Source: an uncultured Candidatus Actinomarina sp.
GTDB taxonomy: Bacteria; Actinomycetota; Acidimicrobiia; Actinomarinales; Actinomarinaceae
Direction: 5' to 3'
NCBI GenBank assembly: GCA_902534495.1
Contig: CACAQC010000001.1
Location: forward strand, 91,741-155,740
DNA length: 64,000 nucleotides
The notes under the pieces are model-generated. The model ran no database searches. It was not told the DNA's origin and saw nothing but the letters and a program-made list of their open reading frames with translations. Shown here piece after piece: positions 36,727-46,082 of this stretch. The translations under genes and the position numbers were made by a program. Numbering within the stretch: position 1 is the stretch's first letter; the number at the start of each line of letters is the position of its first letter.

Positions 36727-38091
36727 TCAAACCCAGTCTAAGTGTATAAATTCATCTTCATTTAAAAGTTGGACCATGTGTGCGCCAAAAAAATCTCGTT
36801 GAGCTTGGATTAATGATGAAGGGTTAAAATTATTCGAGGAATTGATATACCAATTATATGAGGAATAAATTACTGGTATAGCAACCTGACTTTCAACAGA
36901 TTCATTAATTGTTGTTTTAATGTCATCTAATTTTTCTTCTAGTTGATTTTGTATTTCCTCTATTTCAACAATGGATGAATCTGTTGAAATTTCTTCATAA
37001 ATTTTTTTAATTTCTTTAAGTAAATCAGATCGAATTATGCAACCAGATAGCCAATTTTGTAATACTTCTGGAATTTTTATTTCAAGGCTTTCCTTGCTGC
37101 TGAAATGCTCAATAAATAAAATCCCTTGAATCAAAGTTGAAAGACGTGCAAAATATATTGCATTTTTAACTTTATCTAGATCGACATTTAAATTTTTTGA
37201 ATGTGTTACTTTGGGCCAAATTTTTTGAAAATGACTTTCCACTCTCGCGTTAAAAGCCTCATAGATACTGGGTAAAGGAAAGTTGTAATCCAAGGACGTT
37301 TCTACTGTTAACTTACCAGTACCTTTGTTATTAGCAACTGGGCTAATATTATCAATTAGATATTCGTTATCTGCTTTCTTTTTTATTATTTCTGAAGATA
37401 TTTCAATCAAGTAGGAAGATTGATTTTTTTCCTTAAGACTTTTTAAAAAATTACTAATTTCCAAATTACTAAAGTTAGAACTTTTTAAAATACTATAACT
37501 TTCCGCAAGTATTTGCATTTCAGCATACTCAATTCCATTGTGAAGCATTTTTATAAAGTGTCCAGTTCCGTAACCTTTGTATACACCAATGCAATCTCCA
37601 TAACTGCTTTTTGCTGATATAGATTTAATCATTGATAATAAATTTTTTGGAATGGTGTCATCAGTGCCAAGCATTAATGCAGGTCCATGCCTTGCTCCTG
37701 TTTCTCCGCCTGAAACACCCATACCTACAAAGCGTATTTTTTTCTTTTTACATTTATTTCCAAGTTCAACACTATCTTTATAAAAAGAATTTCCACCATC
37801 AATTAAAATATCGTTATTATCAAGCATCTTTAATAATTCGTCTGCAACACTTTTAGTAGCCTTACCAGATGGAACCATTAACAGAATTTTTCTTGGACTT
37901 TCAATATTTTTTACAAATTCATCGAGTTTAGTAAATCCAGATATATTTTTTTTAGAACTCTCATGAATAAGGTCATTGATTTTATTTTTAGATTTGTTAA
38001 ATACAACTACATTTATATCATTATTGGAAAAATTTAATGCAATATTTTTTCCCATTACTCCCATGCCAACAATACCTATTGTTTCACTCAT
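36727..38091 (-). CDS. gnd: 6-phosphogluconate dehydrogenase (decarboxylating)
   Basis: Motifs GIVGMGVMGKNIALN, FVGMGVSGGETGARHGPALMLG, HNGIEYAEMQ and AQRDFFGAH. Confidence 0.9.
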   Translation of the reverse strand: MSETIGIVGMGVMGKNIALNFSNNDINVVVFNKSKNKINDLIHESSKKNISGFTKLDEFVKNIESPRKILLMVPSGKATKSVADELLKMLDNNDILIDGGNSFYKDSVELGNKCKKKKIRFVGMGVSGGETGARHGPALMLGTDDTIPKNLLSMIKSISAKSSYGDCIGVYKGYGTGHFIKMLHNGIEYAEMQILAESYSILKSSNFSNLEISNFLKSLKEKNQSSYLIEISSEIIKKKADNEYLIDNISPVANNKGTGKLTVETSLDYNFPLPSIYEAFNARVESHFQKIWPKVTHSKNLNVDLDKVKNAIYFARLSTLIQGILFIEHFSSKESLEIKIPEVLQNWLSGCIIRSDLLKEIKKIYEEISTDSSIVEIEEIQNQLEEKLDDIKTTINESVESQVAIPVIYSSYNWYINSSNNFNPSSLIQAQRDFFGAHMVQLLNEDEFIHLDWV

Positions 38092-39407
38092 GAGAGAATT
38101 TTAACAACTTCCTTTTCAACTAAATTATTTAGATAATAATTTCTAATTGATACCTCAACTTCTAGTTGGTCTTCTTTATTAACTACATTTTTAATTGTTG
38201 AAAACTTGTGTAGTGCATCTAGATGCTTGGGGCTTGTTAAAAGTTTAATTTCAATTAAATTTCCAAAAATTTTATAAGTAATAGCTGAAATTAAATTATC
38301 AAGATTTGTTCCTTTTATTGAAGAAACAAAAATTGCACTTTCATATCTTTCCTTTAAGAAATTTAACGATGCTTTATCTATTTTATCAATCTTGTTGAAG
38401 ACCAAAATCTCTTCTACATTTGACTCAATTTGTTTCAGAATTTCATGGACTGTAGATATATGCATTTCTGGAATTGCAGATGCAGCATCAACAACGTGTA
38501 TAAGTAGGTTGGCCTCTTTCACAACTGTAAGTGTTGACTTAAATGAATCAATTAATGTTGTAGGAAGGTTTTGTATAAAACCAACTGTATCAGAAATAAT
38601 AATTGGTTCGCTTAAATCATCTACTTTTAATTCTCTTTGGAGGGAATCTACGGTAGCAAATAACTCATTAGCAACATAAGTTTTAGACTCAGTTATTTTT
38701 TCAAGCAACGTTGATTTACCAGCATTTGTATATCCCACTATTGAAACTAATGGAGTATTGTTTTTTTTCCTAAAACTTGATTGAACTTCTCTTTGTTTTC
38801 CAACTTTTTTTATTTCTTTTTTTAATTTGTTAATCCTGTTGTCAATTAATCGATTATCAGTTTCTAACTTAGTCTCACCGGGACCTCTAGTACCTATACC
38901 ACCACCTTGTTGGTTAAGAGTTTTACCTAAACCAGCTAATCTCGGTTTTAAATAAATTGATAATGCTAGCTCAACCTGCAGGGTTGCTTCCTTTGATTGA
39001 GCATGTAATGCGAATATGTCTAAAATCAATCCAGTTCTATCAACGACATCACATTTAAATAATACACGAAGCTCTTTTTGTTGATTTGGAGTAAGTTCAC
39101 AATCAAAGATGACTACATCTATGTCATTCGCATTGGATATGTCTACTAATTCTGTAATAGAACCTTTCCCAATAAAAGTTTTTGGATCTATTCTTTCAAC
39201 TCTTTTTGTTTGTATGATTGTTGGACTTGAACCAGCTGTTTTTACTAAGTTAACAAGTTCTTTTAGAGACTCCTCTTTATCAGCTCTGATTTCATTTTTA
39301 AGTATTATTCCAACCAGCAAAGCTTTTTGAGTAGTTACAAATATATCTCTGTCTGATACAGTAAGTAATTTTCTTTCAGACTGATTGGGGTTATTTCTTT
39401 GATTCAA
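38088..39407 (-). CDS. hflX: GTPase HflX
   Basis: HflX N-domain, G1 GYTNAGKSTLL, G3 DTVGFI, NKID. The TTG start directly abuts the upstream TAA. Confidence 0.9.
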   Translation of the reverse strand: MNQRNNPNQSERKLLTVSDRDIFVTTQKALLVGIILKNEIRADKEESLKELVNLVKTAGSSPTIIQTKRVERIDPKTFIGKGSITELVDISNANDIDVVIFDCELTPNQQKELRVLFKCDVVDRTGLILDIFALHAQSKEATLQVELALSIYLKPRLAGLGKTLNQQGGGIGTRGPGETKLETDNRLIDNRINKLKKEIKKVGKQREVQSSFRKKNNTPLVSIVGYTNAGKSTLLEKITESKTYVANELFATVDSLQRELKVDDLSEPIIISDTVGFIQNLPTTLIDSFKSTLTVVKEANLLIHVVDAASAIPEMHISTVHEILKQIESNVEEILVFNKIDKIDKASLNFLKERYESAIFVSSIKGTNLDNLISAITYKIFGNLIEIKLLTSPKHLDALHKFSTIKNVVNKEDQLEVEVSIRNYYLNNLVEKEVVKILS

Positions 39408-39734
39408 TTATTTCATTATAGGCAGTTGACCACTATCAGATTTATTAGAAATTTCTTCTTCGGCAATAATCTGAGATTCTCTTACTGCTAAAACAACTTT
39501 TCCAGTTGGTGGCCATATAAACTTCCATGCACCACTTGCAACTGCCCAAAATTGATTTCCAGAATCAACATCAATTAAAGGCAGTGCCTCAGAAGTTTTT
39601 TCGCTACCTGCCGGTACTAATAAGCCTGACTTAGTAAAAGTCTCTTCTCTTAAGTGACCTACTCTCCAACCTGGCGAAACTTTAAATCCCGGCGGTGCGA
39701 AATCAATGTTGTCCAAGGTATTTTCTTCTGTCAT
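39408..39734 (-). CDS. Hypothetical 108-aa protein, possibly a divergent Cpn10/GroES-fold protein
   Basis: By eye, PGWRVGHLREETFTKSGLLVPAGSEKTSEA and the tail KVVLAVRESQIIA parallel GroES (P.GDRV.V...E.T.GGI..P...KEK ... VLI..ESDILA). The middle is unlike canonical GroES and no groEL is adjacent. Confidence 0.4.
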   Translation of the reverse strand: MTEENTLDNIDFAPPGFKVSPGWRVGHLREETFTKSGLLVPAGSEKTSEALPLIDVDSGNQFWAVASGAWKFIWPPTGKVVLAVRESQIIAEEEISNKSDSGQLPIMK

Positions 39735-39769
39735 TTTCTTATATTAAACATAAAAAAAGTATAAATTAG

Positions 39770-39861
39770 CGGAGGTGGACAGGAATCGAACCTGCCAAAG
39801 ACTTTTACACCTTTCAACAGTTTTGAAGACTGTGGAGCCCACCAGGCGCTCATTCACCTCC
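39770..39861 (-). tRNA. selC: tRNA-Sec (anticodon UCA), 92 nt without CCA
   Basis: The reverse complement is GGAGGTGAATGAGCGCCTGGTGGGCTCCACAGTCTTCAAAACTGTTGAAAGGTGTAAAAGTCTTTGGCAGGTTCGATTCCTGTCCACCTCCG. The acceptor pairs GGAGGTG with CACCTCC and has an extra eighth position. The anticodon arm is ACAGT-CTTCAAA-ACTGT, so the anticodon is TCA. The variable arm is about 20 nt. The T-arm is GCAGG-TTCGATT-CCTGT. It is not in the ORF track. Confidence 0.85.
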
Positions 39862-39913
39862 AATATTAAGACTAGTTATATAAAAAATTATTATTGGAAT
39901 AGAATTAAACGTA

Positions 39914-40498
39914 ATGAAAAGTTTTCAACAAACATTTAATGAACTTAAGAAAGCAAGAGGATTGAGCAATAAACAGATTGCTTCATTTACCGGTGTAAAA
40001 CTTAAGGATGTAAAACAATGGGAAACTGGTACAAGTTTTCCGAATGAAACTAAGGTAGTCGATGCACTAGAAGGATTATTGGGTACTGAAATTAGCAAAT
40101 CACTAGAGGGATACACTTCCCAAAGTAAAGTAAATAGTCAATTAAAAACTTCAGAGGATAATATTTTTAAAGTAAAAAATGAAAAACTAGATGTTACAAA
40201 TACAAAAATTGATAAGTTACGATACTTGCTTCAAAAGCAACCTCAAAATACAACGGACTATGAATTTGATAACGAAATTGAAAACATAACAGATGATTAC
40301 TATTTTGAAGAAGATGCAAATACACCTTTAAAAGAAATCTTAGAAAAACCATATTTATACGATGAAAATCAACTAGGCTTCTATTTTTCAAGAAATTTAA
40401 AAACCCTATGCCTACTTTCTGTTTTAGGTTTAATCATTTTCAGTTTTTTTCAACTGTTTTGGGATTCCTTTAACTTATTTATAGATAACTTACTGTGA
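39914..40498 (+). CDS. Membrane-anchored XRE-type HTH protein
   Basis: N-terminal HTH (LKKARGLSNKQIASFTGVKLKDVKQWETG), an acidic middle, and a C-terminal TM helix (LCLLSVLGLIIFSFFQLFW). It has a 4-nt overlap with ctaA. Confidence 0.55.
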   Translation: MKSFQQTFNELKKARGLSNKQIASFTGVKLKDVKQWETGTSFPNETKVVDALEGLLGTEISKSLEGYTSQSKVNSQLKTSEDNIFKVKNEKLDVTNTKIDKLRYLLQKQPQNTTDYEFDNEIENITDDYYFEEDANTPLKEILEKPYLYDENQLGFYFSRNLKTLCLLSVLGLIIFSFFQLFWDSFNLFIDNLL

Positions 40499-41379
40499 GA
40501 CTACTTTTTTACACAAAACTAGGATTATTCCTTTCAGTTCTCTCTATTCTTGCTGGTGCCTTTGTAAGGGCAACAGGGTCTGGGGATGGATGTGGAGCGA
40601 CATGGCCAACTTGTAATGGAAGACTAATTCCCACACTTTCGGATACATCAGAAATAATTGAATTTTCACATCGAAGCATTAGCGGAGTCTTATTAATTGT
40701 TACGATGTATATTTTTATTAGTTCAAGAAAATTAGAAAAAGAAAGCATTGCACGAACCTCAGTAAATTATCTTACATTTTTTGTTTTATTTGAGGCATTA
40801 ATAGGTGCTGTAATAGTTGTTTTTGAATGGGTCGGTTTAAATAGTTCATTACCCAGAATCATTGCTGTACCAATCCACCTAGTCAATACTTTCGGTCTTT
40901 TAGCTAGTTATGTAATTCTCTATAAAATACTTGAAAATAAATTAGACAGCATTAAAAATCTTTGGGATCGAAATTTTATTTTTATATCTATTTTCTTTCT
41001 TCTTACTGGAGCTACAGGATCTATAACTGCCCTTGCTGATGTACTATATCCAAGTGCATCTTTTTACGAGGGTTTTTTGGATGATTTTGATAAAACCTCT
41101 GAGTTATTGACCAGATTGAGAATTTTTCACCCTATAGTTTCAACAATTTTATCAATAGGTTTATACATTGAATCCAAGCAACTTCAACAAAGATTCAATA
41201 TAAATACAAATTTTCTTAAATTTCTGATTTTTGCTGCAATTTTCCTTGGTGTTACCAATGTTTTATCAAACATTGTTCTATTTCTAAGTATTTTTCACCT
41301 AGCAATGGCTGATTTACTATGGATTACATATATATATGTAAGTTTGGATAAAGTAAAAAATAATCTACCTACGAATTAG
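40495..41379 (+). CDS. ctaA: Haem A synthase (COX15/CtaA)
   Basis: GTG start. It has GSGDGCGATWPTCNG and paired His-containing helices (EFSHRS, IHLVN, FHP, FHLAMA). Confidence 0.8.
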   Translation: MRLLFYTKLGLFLSVLSILAGAFVRATGSGDGCGATWPTCNGRLIPTLSDTSEIIEFSHRSISGVLLIVTMYIFISSRKLEKESIARTSVNYLTFFVLFEALIGAVIVVFEWVGLNSSLPRIIAVPIHLVNTFGLLASYVILYKILENKLDSIKNLWDRNFIFISIFFLLTGATGSITALADVLYPSASFYEGFLDDFDKTSELLTRLRIFHPIVSTILSIGLYIESKQLQQRFNINTNFLKFLIFAAIFLGVTNVLSNIVLFLSIFHLAMADLLWITYIYVSLDKVKNNLPTN

Positions 41380-41449
41380 CTTTAAATTAAACATTGTTAT
41401 AGACTTCATCTTTGTAACTAGATGAGAATAGGAAAAGTCAAAATATACG

Positions 41450-42505
41450 ATGGTAACTAAAACAATTCCTTCAAAACCAAAACCTGAGGCTGAAGAAGTC
41501 GATTTTTCAAATGAAGACACGACTTTAACACCCGAACAGGAAAAAGCTGCTCGCGAAAAAGCAAAATCTCTTACAAAAAAATTAGCTGATGACAAAGGAA
41601 AACTTACTACTGATCTCGTAAGTCAATATCTTACAGCCATTGGTAGCTTTGACTTATTGACTGCTGAGCAAGAGGTAGAATTAGCCCAAAAAATTGAATC
41701 AGGAGAGAAAGCTGCTGTCAAACTTCATAAAAAACAATTTAAGGATAAAAAAGGCGAGATAAGACTTAAAAGAGATAGAAAGAAAGGCGCCGAGGCGAAA
41801 GATGCTTTTTTGACAGCTAACTTAAGACTAGTTGTTGCAAATGCTAGAAGATACGCTAACACATCTGGAATTGACTTTCTAGATTTGATTCAAGAAGGCA
41901 ACCTAGGCTTAATTAGAGCAGTTGAAAAATTTGATTGGAGAAAAGGTTTTAAATTTTCAACTTATGCTACTTGGTGGATTAGACAAGCAATTACAAGAGC
42001 GATAGCGGATAAATCTCGTACTGTGAGAATTCCTGTTCATTTACATGACACAATGGCAGCTGTTAGAGCAGCACAGGCACAATTAAAAGCTGAGTTGGGT
42101 AGAGATCCAAAACCTCAGGAAATTGCAAAAGAAGCTGGTGTGGGTGTAGACAAAGTTGAACTCGCACTAAGTGTTGCTGATACTGTTTCTCTAGAACAGC
42201 CAGTTGGTGAAGACGGAGCTCAACTTGGAGATTTTATTCAAGATGAAGATGCTAGCGATCCATCATTGATTGTGCAAGATCTTGACGTTGCTGAAAGTTT
42301 ACGAGACAGCATAAGCAGATTACCTGAGAGAGAAGGAAGAATTCTTGCACTGAGATACGGTTTTTATGATGGAGTTCCTAGAACTCTTGAAGAAATCGGT
42401 GAGGAATTCGATTTAACGCGTGAAAGAATTAGACAATTAGAAAAACTTGCTCTTTGTAGATTAAGACACCCGTCTTTCGGAATAAGAGAACAAGATTTAG
42501 TTTAA
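41450..42505 (+). CDS. rpoD: Principal-type RNA polymerase sigma-70 factor (HrdB/SigA-like)
   Basis: Regions 1.2-4 are present: [105 protein letters not shown]. Confidence 0.92.
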   Translation: MVTKTIPSKPKPEAEEVDFSNEDTTLTPEQEKAAREKAKSLTKKLADDKGKLTTDLVSQYLTAIGSFDLLTAEQEVELAQKIESGEKAAVKLHKKQFKDKKGEIRLKRDRKKGAEAKDAFLTANLRLVVANARRYANTSGIDFLDLIQEGNLGLIRAVEKFDWRKGFKFSTYATWWIRQAITRAIADKSRTVRIPVHLHDTMAAVRAAQAQLKAELGRDPKPQEIAKEAGVGVDKVELALSVADTVSLEQPVGEDGAQLGDFIQDEDASDPSLIVQDLDVAESLRDSISRLPEREGRILALRYGFYDGVPRTLEEIGEEFDLTRERIRQLEKLALCRLRHPSFGIREQDLV

Positions 42506-42557
42506 TTTTTTCATAAGAAATTCGCTTAACTTTATTCATCATTGTTAAGCTAAATAC

Positions 42558-43994
42558 ATGTTTGAATACCTTGAATTAGCGATAGATTCTGCAGTAAACA
42601 GCGGTGCAAAATACTCAGATGCAAGAATTCTGATTTCTAAATCAAGAAACATAGCGGCTAAAAATGGTGAAGTAGAAAACTATAATGAATCGGAAAAAAT
42701 AGGTATAGGAATTAGGGCTTTAGTAGGTTCATCTTGGGGTTTTTACTCAACGTATGATTTATCGAAATCTTCATTGACTAATGCTGGCATTAAGGCTTTC
42801 CAAATTGCAAAAGCCTCCGCTATGGTTTCTGGTGATGACCTACCTTTTGCTGACGTTCCAGTAGTTGAAGATAGTTATACTACTCCTCATGACGAAAATC
42901 CTTTTTTTGTTTCAAGCACAGATCAAGTTGATTTACTTCTAAGAACTACAGCACAAATGAAAAAACTTGGAAGTTCGAGAGCTTCAGGAAGACTAGATTT
43001 TTGGGATACTGAAAAATGGTTTGCATCAAGCCAGGGCCACAAAATTTATCAGAATATTGTTGAGTCTGGAGGAGGCATTTCATCCCTTGCAGTTGGAGAT
43101 GGTGAAACTCAAATTCGTTCATATCCACAATCTTTTGGCGAATATCGAACAGGTGGATGGGAAGTAATAAAAGGTTTTGAATTTGAAAACCACACTGAAA
43201 GATTGGCTGAAGAATCTCAGAGATTATTAGTTGCTCCACAATGTCCTGAAGGAACTATGGATTTGATTTTAGAAGGAAGTCAACTTGCTCTGCAAATTCA
43301 TGAATCTGTAGGCCACGCAATAGAACTAGACAGAATTCTAGGATGGGAAGCAGCATATGCAGGTACATCACACTTAGAATTAAAAAAATTAAACCAACAT
43401 AAATATGGTTCAGAGTTAATGAATATTGTTGCTGATGCAACTTTGCCTGGCGCACTTGCAACTTTTAAGTATGATGACGAAGGCACTCCTGCACAAAGAG
43501 TAGATATCGTAAAAGAAGGAATTTGGACTGGAGTTCTTTCAGGGAGAGATAGTGCAGCAGTCGCAGGAGTCAAACCTGGAGGAATGGTTCGAGCAGATGG
43601 ATTTGGCAGACTTCCAATGGTAAGAATGACTAATGTTGGGCTTTTGCCTGGTACATCTTCATTAGATGAGATAATTCAGTCAACTGAAAATGGTGTATAT
43701 ATGGAGACAAATAGGTCTTGGTCGATAGACGATCTTAGATTAAATTTTCAATTTGGATGTGAAGTTGGCTGGCTAGTTAAAAACGGAAAAATTATAGATA
43801 TGGTAAAAAACCCGACTTATACAGGAATTACACCTCTTTTTTGGGGGAATATGGATATGTTAGCTGGTGAAGAAGAGTGGGTTTTTTGGGGAACTCCAAA
43901 CTGTGGAAAAGGTCAACCAAGCCAAGTAGGACATACTGGCCATCCTGCATCACCCGCAAGATTTAAAGACATACGAATTGGAGTTAGAGGATGA
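42558..43994 (+). CDS. tldD: TldD-family metalloprotease
   Basis: HESVGHAIELDR (HExxxH) and the C-terminal GNMDMLAGEEEW...GTPNCGKGQPS block. Confidence 0.9.
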   Translation: MFEYLELAIDSAVNSGAKYSDARILISKSRNIAAKNGEVENYNESEKIGIGIRALVGSSWGFYSTYDLSKSSLTNAGIKAFQIAKASAMVSGDDLPFADVPVVEDSYTTPHDENPFFVSSTDQVDLLLRTTAQMKKLGSSRASGRLDFWDTEKWFASSQGHKIYQNIVESGGGISSLAVGDGETQIRSYPQSFGEYRTGGWEVIKGFEFENHTERLAEESQRLLVAPQCPEGTMDLILEGSQLALQIHESVGHAIELDRILGWEAAYAGTSHLELKKLNQHKYGSELMNIVADATLPGALATFKYDDEGTPAQRVDIVKEGIWTGVLSGRDSAAVAGVKPGGMVRADGFGRLPMVRMTNVGLLPGTSSLDEIIQSTENGVYMETNRSWSIDDLRLNFQFGCEVGWLVKNGKIIDMVKNPTYTGITPLFWGNMDMLAGEEEWVFWGTPNCGKGQPSQVGHTGHPASPARFKDIRIGVRG

Positions 43995-45316
43995 ATATTT
44001 GGGATGACTTACTCGATGAGGTTAAAAAAAATCTTCCAGACGAAATAGAGTGTGAACTAAAATTAATGCATTCAAAAAGTGCACTTACAAGATTTGCTAA
44101 TTCCCAAATTCATCAAAATGTAGATGAAGAATCAGCAGAAATTTATTTAACAATTCATAAAGATTCAAAAACTACAACAATCTCTAATAATCTGACAGCT
44201 ATTAAGAATGTAGGAGAATTTGTCAACAAAGCCATAGTCTCATTAGAGGACAGCCCCATAGACAAAGGATGGTCAGGGCTTCCAGATAAATCTAATTCCT
44301 ATGAAGGATTCAAAGACCTTGAAGAGTCAACTCCTGACGACAGAGCAAAAGTTGTTAAAGAGTTTATTGAGGAGGGGAAAAGTATGAATGCAGCTGGATA
44401 TTGTTCAACTTATATTAACAATTATTTTGTTTGGAACTCAAATGGATTAAATTCTTGTGACTCATCAAGTAGTGCATTTATAGATGGCATCTTTAGAACG
44501 GATACATCTGCTGGATCTTCACACAGAGGTGGTCAAACTCTTACCTCTCTTGAAGGCATAGCTGCTGGTTCTGAAGCAGCTAAACTTGCTACTGACTCAC
44601 AAAATCCAGTCGATATTGAACCAGGAAATTACGAAGTTGTTTTAGGACATGAAGCAGTAAGTACAATATTGGTCTTTTTAGAAGTTTACGGGTTTAACGC
44701 AAAAAGTAAAATCGACGGCATGAGTCCGATAATTATTGGAGAACAACAATTTGATGAAAAAATTAGCATGGTTGATACTCCTGAAGATGAAGATTCAATT
44801 GGTTTTAAAATTGATGCATCGGGTTCCAAAAAGTTAAATTTAGATGTTGTTAATAATGGTGTCCCCAAATCTTATTTCCATACAAGAAGAACTGCTAACG
44901 AACTTGGAATGAAAAATACATTTCATGAACTTTTTGGTTGGGGTGAAAACTTTGGAGGAATTGGAACAAACGTAAAGCTGCTGAATGGAGAAAAAAGTTT
45001 TGAAGATATGATATCCGACGTAAAAAAAGGAATTTACATTAATGAATTTTGGTATTGCAGAGTATTAGATCCAATAACACAAGTAGTTACAGGTTTGAAC
45101 AGGAATGGCTCTTTTTTTGTGGAAAATGGAAGAATAACTAAACCAGTTGGAAGGTTACGCTTCACACAAAGCTTTATATCTGCACTAGCAAACGGAAATG
45201 TCAACTCAGTCGGAAAACATTCAAGGTACTCTGATTCAGAATTTGGTGAAGGAATACTTTCAGTTCCTCAACTTCATTTAAAAGAATTTAATTTTACTGG
45301 TGGTGTTTCTGGATAA
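43991..45316 (+). CDS. pmbA: PmbA/TldE-family protein
   Basis: ATGA overlap with tldD. It has the PmbA_TldD fold pattern (LTRFANSQIHQN, FWYCRVLDPITQVVTGLNRNGSFFVENGRI) and lacks HExxxH, as expected for the partner subunit. Confidence 0.8.
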   Translation: MNIWDDLLDEVKKNLPDEIECELKLMHSKSALTRFANSQIHQNVDEESAEIYLTIHKDSKTTTISNNLTAIKNVGEFVNKAIVSLEDSPIDKGWSGLPDKSNSYEGFKDLEESTPDDRAKVVKEFIEEGKSMNAAGYCSTYINNYFVWNSNGLNSCDSSSSAFIDGIFRTDTSAGSSHRGGQTLTSLEGIAAGSEAAKLATDSQNPVDIEPGNYEVVLGHEAVSTILVFLEVYGFNAKSKIDGMSPIIIGEQQFDEKISMVDTPEDEDSIGFKIDASGSKKLNLDVVNNGVPKSYFHTRRTANELGMKNTFHELFGWGENFGGIGTNVKLLNGEKSFEDMISDVKKGIYINEFWYCRVLDPITQVVTGLNRNGSFFVENGRITKPVGRLRFTQSFISALANGNVNSVGKHSRYSDSEFGEGILSVPQLHLKEFNFTGGVSG

Positions 45317-46082
45317 ACTAAGCTATTTTGATGGTCAAAAACCATTAATTATTCCTCACAGAGGTGGTGCAAATATAGTTCCTGAAAATACACTTCATGG
45401 TCTCCAAATGGTCATATCTGAAGGTTTTACTCATTTTGAAACTGATTTGAGAATGTCGAAGGATGGTGAAATATTTCTACATCATGACGATTCATTTAAT
45501 AGGACCACTGACGTAGAAGGAAAAGTAAGAGATTTCAATTGGTCTGAAATAAAAACAATTAATGCTGGGTACGAATTTTACAATAGAAACAATTTACCAG
45601 GCAATACAACAAGTTTTGTAAGACTAGAGGATGCTTTATTGATGAGCCAAGTTTTAAAATTTAATCTTGATTTGAAAGAGACAGGTCTAGCAAAAAAAGT
45701 TGTTGAAATTGTCTTTTCATTAAACGCACAAAACAGAGTTCTAGTTTCTTCATTTAACCCATCAAGGCTTGATGAATTTTTACTTGAAAGTAAAGGTCAA
45801 ATTGCAACATCAGGAACTTTTAGAGAAAACGCAATTGCTAGATTCCTGCCAATAAAAAGAAGAAATTTTCAAGTACAAGCTTTGCAAGCTCCATTCAAGT
45901 GGAGAGGTATGCAGATTTATTCAAAAAAATTAGTTGATTTTTGTAAATTAAACGATTTACAACTTCACATTTGGACCTTGAATTCATTAGATAATTTAAA
46001 AATATGTTTGGATTTAGGATGTGATGGAATTATTACTGATGAACCAATATTATTTAGAAAATATATAAATTCACAAACTTAA
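45300..46082 (+). CDS. Glycerophosphodiester phosphodiesterase family protein
   Basis: IIPHRGGANIVPENTL ... FETDLRMSKDGEIFLHHDDS ... HIWTLN (GDPD signature). Confidence 0.75.
   Translation: MVFLDKLSYFDGQKPLIIPHRGGANIVPENTLHGLQMVISEGFTHFETDLRMSKDGEIFLHHDDSFNRTTDVEGKVRDFNWSEIKTINAGYEFYNRNNLPGNTTSFVRLEDALLMSQVLKFNLDLKETGLAKKVVEIVFSLNAQNRVLVSSFNPSRLDEFLLESKGQIATSGTFRENAIARFLPIKRRNFQVQALQAPFKWRGMQIYSKKLVDFCKLNDLQLHIWTLNSLDNLKICLDLGCDGIITDEPILFRKYINSQT

Noticed and set aside
42524-42550. Hairpin GCTTAAC-N13-GTTAAGC after the sigma factor gene, considered as an intrinsic terminator.
   Set aside because: It has a 7-bp AT-rich stem, a 13-nt loop and no downstream U-tract, so it is weak. It could be a chance palindrome, and tldD starts 8 nt later.
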